A DNA stretch of 64,000 bases from Octopus sinensis (taxonomy: Eukaryota), in the NCBI RefSeq assembly GCF_006345805.1, contig NC_042998.1, forward strand, positions 49,414,001 through 49,478,000, read 5' to 3'. Of this stretch, positions 1 to 11,099 are shown in pieces. The notes beneath the pieces were generated by a model that was not told the origin of the DNA, made no database searches, and was given only the letters and a program-made list of their open reading frames with translations. Within the stretch, counting starts at the first letter, position 1, and every line of letters begins with the position of its first letter. The position numbers and the translations under genes were made by a program.

Positions 1-929
1 AGATTCTTAACTAAATCGCCCTCTAGACTAGCCCTATCTATCCTTAGCTGATTGCTAAATCTAACGGACTCTGAACGAATGGCTCTTTTGAGGGCGTGCC
101 ACCATCTATTGTTAATGATGGTGCCACACAATGCCCTCTGAACTAACACCTTAATCCGGGTACGGAAGTCTTCACAATTCAAAATAGCCTTGTTCAGCTT
201 CCAGTACCCGGGTCCCTGTCTATGACACTTGTCTAATTGCACCTCACACGTCACAAATTTGTGATCCGAGTAAGGTACAATATGAAATTGTGGACAACTA
301 AACGTATCCTTATCTCTTTTCTTAATAAATATCCTATCTAGATACGATCTGCGTGAGCCGTCGTTGTTACTCCACGTCCACTGTGGAACGCTCGGCTCAT
401 CCAGTCGGTAACGGTCCACCAGATCAAAGCTCTCTAGTAGACCCTTGAGGCTAGGGTTCCCCTTCCTATTGGTTGAGCCAACACTGTCGATGTGCGCTTC
501 AAGGACAGTGTTAAAGTCCCCTACTAGGATTACTGTTTTCGACGTCGCTAAAAAGGGCTCCAGGTTCCGAAAAAAACCCGTCTGTTTACCCTCGTTCGGG
601 GCGTAGACAGCTACCAACCTGAAGGACTGTTTACTTACGTGAGTCACATCCAGGACAACCAGCCTGCCTTCTGGGTCCAGAAAGACAGTACTTACCTGCA
701 AGTCCAAGCTCTTCCTGATGAAGACTGCCACGCCTCTGCCTCCTCCTCGGCTAGGAGAAATAAATTTCTCGAAACCATTTAGAAGAGGCGAGAACGCTTG
801 GGTCTCGCTCATCTTGGACTCGGTTGCAATAGCAATATCTACACCATGTGTCGTGAGGTCGTTCAGGAAACAAATTTGTTTCCGTTTCGACCCCATTCCA
901 CGTACATTTATACAACCCAGCTTAGCCAT
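1..929 (-). CDS. Tx1 ORF2 N-terminus, apurinic-like endonuclease (partial, open to window edge)
   Basis: Manual translation from ATG at 929: MAKLGCINVRGMGSK...LVAVYAPN...ILVGDFN...SYLDRIF...YSDHKFV...GPGYWKLN, with no stop down to position 1. It is absent from the ORF track, presumably because it has no stop inside the window. Confidence 0.9.
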   Translation of the reverse strand, partial: MAKLGCINVRGMGSKRKQICFLNDLTTHGVDIAIATESKMSETQAFSPLLNGFEKFISPSRGGGRGVAVFIRKSLDLQVSTVFLDPEGRLVVLDVTHVSKQSFRLVAVYAPNEGKQTGFFRNLEPFLATSKTVILVGDFNTVLEAHIDSVGSTNRKGNPSLKGLLESFDLVDRYRLDEPSVPQWTWSNNDGSRRSYLDRIFIKKRDKDTFSCPQFHIVPYSDHKFVTCEVQLDKCHRQGPGYWKLNKAILNCEDFRTRIKVLVQRALCGTIINNRWWHALKRAIRSESVRFSNQLRIDRASLEGDLVKN

Positions 930-957
930 TGTGGGTGAGAGAGAAAAATAAGTGTAC

Positions 958-2380
958 TCACGGTTGGGAGAGGGAGCATGACAGTTTGGATCTGCCTGCT
1001 TCCCCTTCTTCCGCTGCTGCAGGGCTCTTGACCGGCGTTGCCACTGGGCTCTGGGTGGGTGTGGTTGCCGGGGTTATTATCAGTTTGCCCTCCATTACCT
1101 CCTTGGTCACATCTCTTATTAGACGGTTCCTCAGATGTTCCTGAAGAACCTCCTCCTTCCACTCGTTCTCCCCTACCTTCGCGAAGCGAGCGGTTGCTTT
1201 CCCATCTGAGGTTCTACTATACAATATAAATCTCGAAATTTGCAACACTTATAAACTTTTCATTTTTCTCATCGAAAGCTATTATCCTTTCGTTCTTCTG
1301 TAGGCACTTTTTTATGTCTTGTTTTATGGGGAGGGGCTTGGCAAACTGTTTTCCAATGAAAACAGTGCCATGGGGGTAGGGTTGGGGGATTTGCTTGATG
1401 TGTGTGTCTGCTGTGTTTGCTGTTTTTTTTTCTTGTTTGGGGAGGGGAGTCCTGGGTATTCTCTTTTTTCTTTTATGAGTGACTTGTGTGTAGTCCATTA
1501 GTTCTGTATGGTCTGTTTTTGTTTCCGTACTTGTCTTCGTCTTTTTGTTGTTTTTTCTGTTTTCCTCCCCTTCAGTGATAGGGACACTTTGAGGAGGCGC
1601 TTCTTCTGTTTTTTTCTTTTTAATACAATTGGATCGGACGTGACCCTTCTCTCCACACTTGAAGCATCTGGGTCTACGTCCCTCTACCGAAACTCTCATG
1701 GACGTACCGTCCTCATTAAAGATTCTGTCGGGCAGGTTTTCTAGGATTTTGTTCTCCGCCTGCACGAGGAGCTCCAGGGTCTGGCCCTTCCACCGTACCA
1801 CCTCTTTCCTTCTCATTTGCAGTATTGATATTTCACGTTCAATGTTGTGCAGGACTGCCGCTGCTACCCACATGATGTCGTACCCTCTGGGTATGTCTTC
1901 TACCAGTAACTTCGCAGTTCGCTTCCCCATGTACGAGGGTAGCAGCATGATGTCGTCGTTTTTTAGGGTCAACGACGACACCTCTCTCGCCACCTCTGCC
2001 GTGTCAAAGTGCGCCTCGACCGTAGCACTGCGTGCACCTCTCACGACATGACGAATTTTGTCCCACACCGGGGACAGGCACTTCTCGACAATTTCATTTT
2101 TCACATCCATAATCTTCTTTTCTTTAAAGCTGTATACTTTGTAAATCACAATTCTTTCTTTAATCTCTTGTACTTTTGCCTGCGGCGGTACAAGCCTTAT
2201 CTCGCCTCCTTCCACTTTTACTAGGTTCCTGAATTCGTATAGCTGTTCGATTTTAAATTCGACATCCATCATGGCGCCGCCCACCGCGGCCGAGAATGAC
2301 TGTTTGGGTACTTCTTTATCCTTATTTTCACTTTTTCCCATCACGGGGAAATCTTCCTTCGACGTCAAGTCGAACTCCAT
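958..2380 (-). pseudogene. Tx1 ORF1 (gag-like, CCHC zinc knuckle) with one frameshift near 1220-1250
   Basis: ORF 1217-2380 contains RPRCFKCGEKGHVRSNC. ORF 958-1248 supplies the C-terminus (QSPVATPVK...CSLSQP) that matches copy 2 ORF1 in another frame. Confidence 0.85.
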
Positions 2381-4569
2381 TTCAAAAAAAAAAATTACCT
2401 CGAAGGTAACAAAAATGCAGGTAATACAAAAATTTTCTGCCCCGTAGGGCGAAAATTACCGTTTTACAACGGGCACTGTTCAAAACAGTTAGTACAAACA
2501 ATAATATCACAACTTCGAACTCTCTTAAATGGAGGCAGCAATTTTCTCACAACGCAGATGAACAGTAACTCGAAAATTTCTTTTCAATAGTGGGAACCAC
2601 GTGTAAAGGAATTTTGTTTTATAGGCAAGGAAGAGGGAAGGAGGAGGGGGACACGCGGCGAAGAGAGAGGAGGAGGGGGAGGGAGAAAGATTGAAGAGGT
2701 TAAAGCAAAGGGAGAGAGTACCGCATCTTCAATATAATAATATAAATATAAAAAAAGGGGACCAAGAAGTGGATCGAAACGACGAATCGGACGAACCTGA
2801 TGCGGCGCTGTCAGACAATAAGGAGATAAATAAAAATATATGCATACATACAAACATATATGTACGTACCTACATCTACATGTATATATACATGCATATA
2901 TCAATAATTATACGGGAGTACAGGACATCACAATAAGACGTAGAAACGGAAAATCCAAAAAACAAAAAACAAGAAAACGGAAAACGAAAAACAAATACAG
3001 GACGAGCTACACAAGGACAAAACCCCCGTCATCAGCTGTCGCTAGAGGAGTCAGGCATGTTTCGAAGGCATACAGAACACTAATCCAATAGGCCTTCCTG
3101 CGAGAGAATTAAAATAAAATTCAAGCAGCGGGGCACAATGAGTAGAACACAGACAAGACGTAACAATAAGATATATATATATATATATATATTCTATATA
3201 TATATATATATCACAAACACACACGCACATATACGTGCTATCATTGCACACACACAGACACAGAACTGTGTGCATGCACATACCTACACACCACCTTCTT
3301 TTGCACTCTCCTGTCTTAGAAAGAACTTTTTCTTCACCCATTCTCTTCCGGTCATTATAATGTGTGACCGCGTGTGTATCGTTGGCGATTTTCTTTCTCC
3401 GTCTTCCCTTCATTGGACTTTTTCTATAAAGAACACAACAACGAGAAAAATTAGATGAAAGCCGAGCAATCGGAAAACTAGGCGAAAACGTAACAGACGG
3501 GAAGTTTAGGCAAAATTACGATACACAGAATATTCGCAGCTGATTTCCTCGTCAGTCAATGATCTAAAATATCATAGTGTCTTCGCGCCATTTAGCATTG
3601 AGACCATTCAATTTTGGAGGTGCCAGAGTATTAAGCATCAGGGAAATATTTAATGAATGTATACAAGGGCAGAAACAATCAAGACAAGCTGAAATAATCG
3701 CATACAGCAAAAATTATATAAATACACCAGACAAAGAATTATGCGTATATAACAGATCGAAGAACACAAATCGACATATAGGAATATTTCCAAAAATTAA
3801 AAAATACAAATATATATAAATATGCATAAAAATACATCTAAATAGGATATATACGGAAAAAAAGTGTGAGGAAAAGAGAAGTGGTAAAATTTCTTTTTCA
3901 TACTAAAATTAAAAGCGGTTAAGAGTTCCATTTGAAAGATCTATAAAATTCAATCTGTTTGTATTTTTAAATATATTAATGGTATATAGTACTATTCAAG
4001 GAAAATCTACTTTGAACGGCGGTTTCCAGAGTTTATGTCCTGGTAGAAAAATAAATAGAAATTTTACAAATCATACGGACAATGTCCCCTTCACCAGGGA
4101 AAGTATCCTCATTATAAAATCACATTTTGGGAAATTTTTGGTTATTACAGAGGTTATATATAGGTTTATAGAAAATTTCATTCTTACGTATGCAAATGAG
4201 AGAGTGGAGAACATGGAATGATGGGACAAATACATTAACCTATTGAGAATTAAATCTAATTAAATCATTTAAACGTAGCGCAATGGAATATTCACAGTAT
4301 TAAAAGCTAAAAGGTTTCAAGTAGCAGGCCCTCTTCCAAATCAATACTCCAATATGTTTGGCTCTGTAAATTTTCAAAAAGGTGGAACGGAATTTATGCC
4401 TACATGAGTGAATCGCATCTGAGAATTTATGTAATGTGTTTAAACAATATGATCAAAGGATATTGCATGATTCCCTTATACATAATCTGCGTCTATTCGA
4501 ACTAGTAGTATAAGTGGGGAGGAGCCTCCGTAATTATGGACCAGGATAAAGTATAATCAGTGCTGCTAT

Positions 4570-5300
4570 CTCTTAGGTAGTGTGTATATGAGGCGAGAGT
4601 GGTTGAGCTTTCATACTTAACTTTACTAAAGAAATTTAAGTGGGTTCTATATCTCCTCTTATAATCACCAGTGATTCATTTATAACCATAGTTTTTTGGT
4701 TATCTACTTTTACTGTACACTTATATACCCCATTTTCCCCAAGACATGAACCGGCAAGAGGACATGACTCAGGGATTCTACAGTTATATGTCTTTTTAAA
4801 ACTTGTTCTGCTCTCATTCCTATTATTGTCTTTTTGTTTTATAATTGTTTTTTGTTATTTTTTGGGGTGGGTTGTTAGGATCTGTAACTAGTAAAGGTTG
4901 ACGCGAATTAATATTTACTTCTATTTATGGAAGCTATTATAGGTCCTAGATTAAACATTGCGGAACAGCAGAATTTTATCGAAGATTTATAACAAATTGA
5001 GTAATATTTGTGGTGCTTTGGAAAATTAGCCTTCAAGATCTTGAAAAACAACGTATACCAATTCAAAGAGAAAAAGGGGGTAGGGGCAAACCATATTATT
5101 TCACGTTTTCTAGAAATGGATTGTTTAATCATGTTAGACTTTTCAGAGTTAAGATGTTTATACTTATTTTATTATGTTTATTACTAGGTTGTATTCTACT
5201 AGGTATGATATGATTACCAGGTGACTTATTTATATCTATGTTTACCAATACAGGGTTTGCGCAAATAGCTTTAGAGCTAGAGTAAGGAGATATATTTTAT
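4570..5300 (-). mobile_element. Penelope-like element fragment (linker + GIY-YIG start), degenerate
   Basis: IIWFAPTPF...ANFPKHHKYYSI..SSIKFCCS (ORF 4908-5132) and NCRIPESCPLAGSCL..GVYKCTV match PLE linker/endonuclease motifs. Confidence 0.7.
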
Positions 5301-5470
5301 AATTTTCTTTTAAGTTTAGTGTTAGGTATGTAAGAAATTTGATCATTAAAGCCACTTAGTTTCAAGGCGTTATCGTAAACAAGAGCATGTTGATTAAAGA
5401 TCTCATTGGCTGATAAATCTCAGATTTAGAAGGCTTTTCTATCCGCATGGGACTCACTATAAATTTAAAT

Positions 5471-5958
5471 GCCACTGGATTTACTTCAGGAATTCTTTCA
5501 ACACCGTAGTGTTTATAAAATATGAGAGAAAAAATATGGGATTTACGAGATTCTTTATTATTCACTACGATCGTTTTGACCCGTCATGCACCTGTGCCTC
5601 GCAGGTGAGATGCTGTACAAACAGTTGTGGTGCATCGTAGATACAAATGTGACTCGTCAGGTGACTTGTCAAAAGGTACCTGGTTTTTAATCTCCGTTTC
5701 GTTTATTTCGATTTGAATACATTTTGGTAGTTGTCATTCGCTTCTCGTATACACGAAAAACTTGGATTATAATGAGAAACACTTCTCAATATAAGTAATA
5801 AAGTGGCTTACAAAGAATAAAAAAAAAATAAAGTAAATATAAAAAAAACAAGTGAATAAATAATATACTTTACAATGATAATGTAAAAGGTTGAATAAAA
5901 TCATAAAACAACCACGGGTGGGACGAAACGCAATCGGACATTTTCACGAAGCAAAACG

Positions 5959-5960
<2 letters not shown>
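5471..5960. repeat. Unclassified ~490-bp interspersed repeat (second copy 32871-33390)
   Basis: Colinear similarity with 32871-33390, e.g. ctggattta..caggaatt...tgtacaaacagttgtggt...aaaaggtacct...ttttcacgaagcaaaa. Confidence 0.8.
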
Positions 5961-5994
<34 letters not shown>

Positions 5995-6139
5995 ATCCAC
6001 CCAAAACCAAGCCAGTATGTCTACAGATATAGACACACAAACACATATATATGTATATCATCTGGGTGTGGGTATATTGGAGTGCCTGCTGCGGCATGTG
6101 TATGTGTGTGTGGGTGGATGTACTTACAGATGTATACGC

Positions 6140-6142
<3 letters not shown>

Positions 6143-6216
<74 letters not shown>

Positions 6217-6222
6217 ATATAA
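6143..6222. repeat. (TA)n microsatellite
   Basis: Direct inspection. Confidence 0.95.
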
Positions 6223-6312
6223 AATAGGGTAAAACTAATTAATTTGGAATAATCATTAATTTCACCAGTAGATTTCGGCATGTAAAAGCCTCGTTCGAGG
6301 AAAGTTTAAGTA

Positions 6313-6560
6313 ATACTAAGTAATTAAGGGTTTAGCAACGATTTGCCTCACCACACACCGAATTTAGAAATAGCAGTCAAAGAGTTATAGCTATTCTTTC
6401 TACTAAAGGGAGATCCCAGTAAAACCACAGCACTTTAAGTGCTGTGGTTTTACTGGGATCTCCCTTTTAGTAGAAAGAATAGCTATAACTCTTTGACTGC
6501 TATTTCTAAATTCGGTGTGTGGTGAGGCAAATCGTTGCTAAACCCTTAATTACTTAGTAT
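6313..6560. repeat. Near-perfect palindrome, arms 123/124 bp, 1-nt spacer
   Basis: 6313-6435 is the reverse complement of 6437-6560 apart from one extra T. Centre: agcactt-t-aagtgct. Confidence 0.95.
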
Positions 6561-6575
6561 ATATATATATATATA

Positions 6576-6620
<45 letters not shown>

Positions 6621-6689
6621 TGTATATATATATCTATATATATATATATATGCATATATGTGTATATATATGTGTATATATAGGGAAAT

Positions 6690-6970
6690 GGAAAACTTCC
6701 TTGCCTGCCCGATTAAAGGAGGGGCTGAGCAATCATCAATAGGAACTCAGCCGACAGACAGATCCGTCCCAGCAGCTATTCGACATTACTCTACAAGTCG
6801 GTAATGTTCGGATGATGTACGAGCGCGTGCAGAACAGGTTCGTCACTCTGAGTGCAGTTCAGACAAGCCCGTCTTGCAACATACCCGTGCCTGTAGAGTT
6901 TATCTTGACCCAGCAGCGCTTCTCGGTAGCACTGTCAAACAAGAACAACTTTAAAAATTGGAAGGAACGA
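6690..6970 (-). mobile_element. Degenerate Tx1 LINE 3' remnant (zf-RVT region)
   Basis: Minus-strand translation KVVLV*QCYREALLGQDKLYRHGYVARRACLNCTQSDEPVLHALVH aligns with KSLTWQCYRNALPVRDKLYRHGMSVPPTCPRCGLDDETVQHAFVH of ORF 11261-11590. Confidence 0.8.
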
Positions 6971-7019
6971 ATTATAACAAATAATATCTGTTTATTTTTT
7001 TACTGGAAGCAAGCGAGAC

Positions 7020-7036
7020 GCAACACACACACACGA

Positions 7037-7118
<82 letters not shown>
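7020..7118. repeat. (CA)n microsatellite
   Basis: Direct inspection. Confidence 0.95.
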
Positions 7119-7122
<4 letters not shown>

Positions 7123-7779
7123 ATGATAATCGTTTGGTCTCATATACGATTACTGATTTCATGGATACATAAAAATGGGTTTTCTTGGTTGAAACAAGGG
7201 TTATGAAAAAATATTACAAAAGGCGAGTTATAACGAACTTTAACCTACTTATATTCTTGTGGAAGTAATTGAGAAAGAAACAGACTGAGTAGAAGAGAGA
7301 GAGAGGGGGGAGAAAATAAATTTTAAAAAATGAATCAATGGCTATTTAAGTTGAATCTAAATATGCTTGTACATAATGTAAACATCAAACCAGGATCAAG
7401 TCCACGACAGATTGACAAACTCCTACTGCTTATGTTACTGGATCATGATCTGAGAGGCTGTAGCAGCAAGCACTGCGTATACTACTTTAATATAGGGTAG
7501 ACAAGCCTCTTTAAGTCATGTTGATAACCTATCTAGAGATTGTGTCTCAAAAACACTGACGCTTAGAGGTGTCAAATCTACCTCTTGAGAAAGGAGGTCT
7601 TTGGTAGAGACACATCTCTATGAGGTGAGTCTTTATTAAAAACACTTGTAACAGTGTAACCTTAAACTCACTATCCTCATAAGTTTACAATATCACACTT
7701 CAATAAAAACAACGGCGAGAAAGGAAATTGAACCGCTTGTGAAAGTTTGTTGTCCGGTAGGTGATCTGCAGCACAGTAC

Positions 7780-9050
7780 CGCAGACTTAGTTGCCATTCT
7801 GCTACTGCTGTGCAAAAATTGGAGCAGAAAATGAAAATCAAGAGGATAGCAATGTATTATTATTTAGAAAGTGAAACTAGGAAGCGACAATCTAGGAAAA
7901 GACATGGAATTGTGAATGTGATGCAAGAGTATTTAGTTCCAGTGAATAGCACCTTACGGACCAAGTATTGTGAATCAGGAATAAAAACTATCGCTCTGGC
8001 ACAGAAATCAAGGAAACACAGAGACTGACTGATCAATTAAATATTACAAGAAATTAACAGTCCAATGCTAGATGGATGACGACAACTCTTCAGAGAATTA
8101 GAATTAGAAAACTGAAACTGTCGTAGCTAACGAGAGAAATACAAACCCCAAATTTGAAACTAGGATTTAATAGCAGCATGCAGGATAAAATGGAATTTGA
8201 TGTGGGCAGCCTTTGGTGACGATAAACTATGGAGTCTTAAAAAATGAGAAGCCGAAAAAATAAAAGCAAAAACTGGAGGCCTCTGAGTTGATTAATCTGA
8301 AGACATTTGAAAGCCCAATTAATGATCGATATGAGTCTTGAGTAATCGCTGAAAATGAATGATAAATATATACATGGTTTGTATCGATTATAGAAAGGCA
8401 TATGACTTAGTCCTACACAAGGATCAAGTATTGTTTAGAGATGCGCAAGCTCTCGAAAAGGGTTAAATGCTGGTTAGAATATCCAATGCGACACCAGGGA
8501 GGGAAGTTAACATGAAGAGAGGAATGGTTAGCAGATGCACAGGTCATAGGAATCTTTCAATAAGGCAACCTCTCCTGTTCTCGAGAGTATCGATCCCTTT
8601 GTAGATTATACTAAACAAAGCCGAGGAAGGATGTGCAGTGGGAAACAATAGGGGAAAGCTAATTGCTCCTGTTTATAGTCGGTTTAAACCTTCATGGAAA
8701 AGACAAGAATCTAATAGATTCTTTGTGCAAACCCAAACAATATTTATTAAGGACGTCAAGATGACATTCAGAAACGAGAAATATTCTATGATCGAGACGA
8801 AGTTGGAAAAATTAAAAAGTACCGGGGGAGGGTATCTATTTTGTGAGAAATTATAAAATCTTTGAATGTAAGCAGCTATATAAGTGTCTCGGACTACCGG
8901 AAGGTGATAAAATCTAAAGTATAAGTATTCGGTAAAGTATAATAATATTTTCGTCAAACGATGTTAAAATTCAAATCAAATGCGGGAAATATACAAATAA
9001 TCAAGTTGAGAGCAATATCACTAATAAGGCATGGACAAGGAATTATTGAG
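7780..9050 (+). mobile_element. Highly degenerate R4/Dong-like LINE RT region
   Basis: Recognisable pieces with frameshifts: DYRKAYDLVLH (~8390), GIFQ (~8550) and VQTQTIFIKDVKMTFRNEK...YKCLG (8730-8900). Confidence 0.6.
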
Positions 9051-9499
9051 TTGAGGCAGGATGAGTTGAAGGGTATTTTCAAGAACAAAAGACAAGAAAA
9101 TAACTCGCAATGTACAGAAGTACAAAATTCTAATCAGGTATGAACAGTTTATATTGGGAAAAGAAACTAACAAACAAACAAACTCAGTATGTGGAAGCAG
9201 ATTAATCCCTTCTGATCGAAAACCCAACCCGCTTTTTCTTTTCTTTTTTTTTCACCCCCAAAAGAAACGCTCTACTCTGTTAGTTGTCCACTGTGTTCGA
9301 AAACCCAACCCACTTTTTCTTTTCTCTTTTTTTTCTTTTCTTTTATTTTCTCCCCCAAAAGAAAAGCTCTACTTTGTAATTTGTCCCCTTTGTGTTCAGC
9401 CCTGAGTGACTAATAAAGAAACATAATAAGAATTGAAGAGAGAGAGAGAGAGAGAGAGAGAGAGCAGAACTAAAGAAAAACGTCTAGTTTCTATCTAGA

Positions 9500-10350
9500 A
9501 GAAAAAGACGCTTGTCTTAAGGCGGTTTTAAGAGGACTTTTTACAGAGTTAGTAGGGTACCCCACAAAAGAAAAGGAAAAAAACAAGTAAAATCTACACA
9601 GGATGACATGGTCTACTAGCTCCGGCTAGTGAAAGAAATAATGATGGAAAGGGTAACCTAAATCAAGACAATGTTAACAAATATTCAGGACTATACGCCC
9701 AAATGTAAAATATATTGATGAGACAAAAGCTCACATTGTATCAGAGTACTGGCATTCACATTAGAATTAATATCAACTGTGTCAGCACGATAAAATTGCG
9801 AGAACTTTTGGAAGTTTGGTGTGGAGAAGCTGTGATAAAGTGAAGTTATGAGTCTTTCAAACAAAAACCGAAAGAATAGAATATAACCGGATATTGTAGT
9901 CGTTGATAAGAAACAGAGGCTGTATCTTGTAAACAACGTAGTATTTTCATATGATACCAAAGTCAAGGGTAAAAAAAAAATCAAAAAAAAAAAAAAAAAA
10001 TCCCGAAGAAATTGAAAACGTCGATTCGTATATCAACTTGAATTCTAGAAACTTCCAGAAGGTGGGACAAAAAAAGTTAACAAAATAAGGAATCTGCAAA
10101 CTCTCGGTGGAGCCTCTTGAGAAATGTGAAGAATTTGTGAGCAAACCTTAATTTGGAAGTGGGTGCAGTGCAGAAAACCTGTTTAAGCCAGTAAGAATTA
10201 TTCTGAAACTCATTGGCACATAGTAAGAACAGATATGATCGGCATAAAAGTATTTTCTTTTCTTATAGAACGTATAAAAAGAGATGAACTTCACCCTATA
10301 GACCATGGGACGTTGCCCGATAGAAAACATAATTAAATCGTTTACAGCAT
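9500..10350 (-). mobile_element. Degenerate Penelope-like RT/N-terminal fragment
   Basis: Pieces such as KLLTNSSH...ESLQIPY..FFCPTFWKFLEF and FYRADTVDINSNVN...LHLGV...LDLGYP resemble PLE ORF N-terminal/RT regions. Confidence 0.45.
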
Positions 10351-10518
10351 CCATACCATGTATCTGCCTAATAATAACAACAATATTTTATATATGGTCC
10401 CACAAGGAACCATATATACAATGTGTAACGTATCGTACAAATGGAGCTAATAGAAAATCGTAGGGATGTACATTCGCACGAACATGACGCATATATATAT
10501 ATGTATATATATTATATA

Positions 10519-10577
<59 letters not shown>

Positions 10578-10610
10578 ATAATAATATATATATATATATA
10601 TATATATAAT

Positions 10611-10839
10611 TATCGCCATACTAATATGGCATTCTTATAAAAATAAGAAAAAAGCTGTCCGCTTATTAGCTCCATGAGGCCATCGCCTTAAGTTAGCTAT
10701 TTGATACACAAACTGTATCCATATAACCTTCGAACAAGGGAGGTCAGTCGCTCCACACTACTTGACCGGCAGCTACAGACGCGTTTCGGGGTATTGCCCC
10801 TTTTCAATGCAGCGTAGCCAGCCAGTAGGTGTCCCTTCC
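10611..10839. repeat. Left part of a hammerhead-bearing tandem repeat unit (pLTR/retrozyme-like) interrupted by the Tx1 insertion
   Basis: 10611-10748 recurs as a direct repeat at 16353-16488. The unit continues at 16221 after the TSD. Confidence 0.75.
10772..10813 (-). ncRNA. Minimal type I hammerhead ribozyme with U3-A8 core
   Basis: GCUGCA-UUGAAAA-GGGG(CAAUA)CCCC-GAAA-CGCG-UC-UGUAGC: stem I 6 bp, stem II 4 bp, palindromic ACGCGU stem III, GUC cleavage triplet. Confidence 0.75.
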
Positions 10840-11099
10840 TAAATCTTTATTATGATTAAAAAATCTTACAGAGATAGTACATTACAATACAAAACATAAT
10901 TACAAAAAGTTTACGTTGTTCGTTTGATATTTACATATGTTGATTATTGATTATGATACTAGACTTTACTTTTTTCTCCTTTTTTTTTTTTTTTAAATTA
11001 AAAATGATTTTGGCCAGCTAGGTATATCACAGTCAGGATTCTTACCCGACAGCCTAAGAGCCAGAGACTATTTTCTCCCTTCATGATGACCAAGCAGGG

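Larger units (their letters stand above)
1..2560 (-). mobile_element. Tx1/L1-clade non-LTR retrotransposon, copy 1 (5' part; continues beyond left edge)
   Basis: ORF1 with a CCHC knuckle is followed after a 28-nt spacer by an APE-endonuclease ORF2. It is homologous to the element at 10840-16203. The 5' boundary is approximate. Confidence 0.9.

Noticed and set aside
2760-2815. GAAAC...CTGATG words suggesting a hammerhead
   Set aside because: The core is incomplete (CTGATGC) and I could not build consistent stems.
3020-3090. Hammerhead-like pieces on the minus strand (CUGAUGA, GAAACAUG, GAAGGC/GCCUUC stem)
   Set aside because: The order and pairing do not give a valid fold, and the U before the cleavage nucleotide is missing. 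At best a scrambled relic.
3577-4221. Two 80-aa ORFs in complex sequence
   Set aside because: No recognisable domain or splice pattern. A host exon cannot be supported.
6255-6310. GGC/GCC stem + GAAA next to the palindrome
   Set aside because: No CUGANGA-compatible core and no palindromic stem III.
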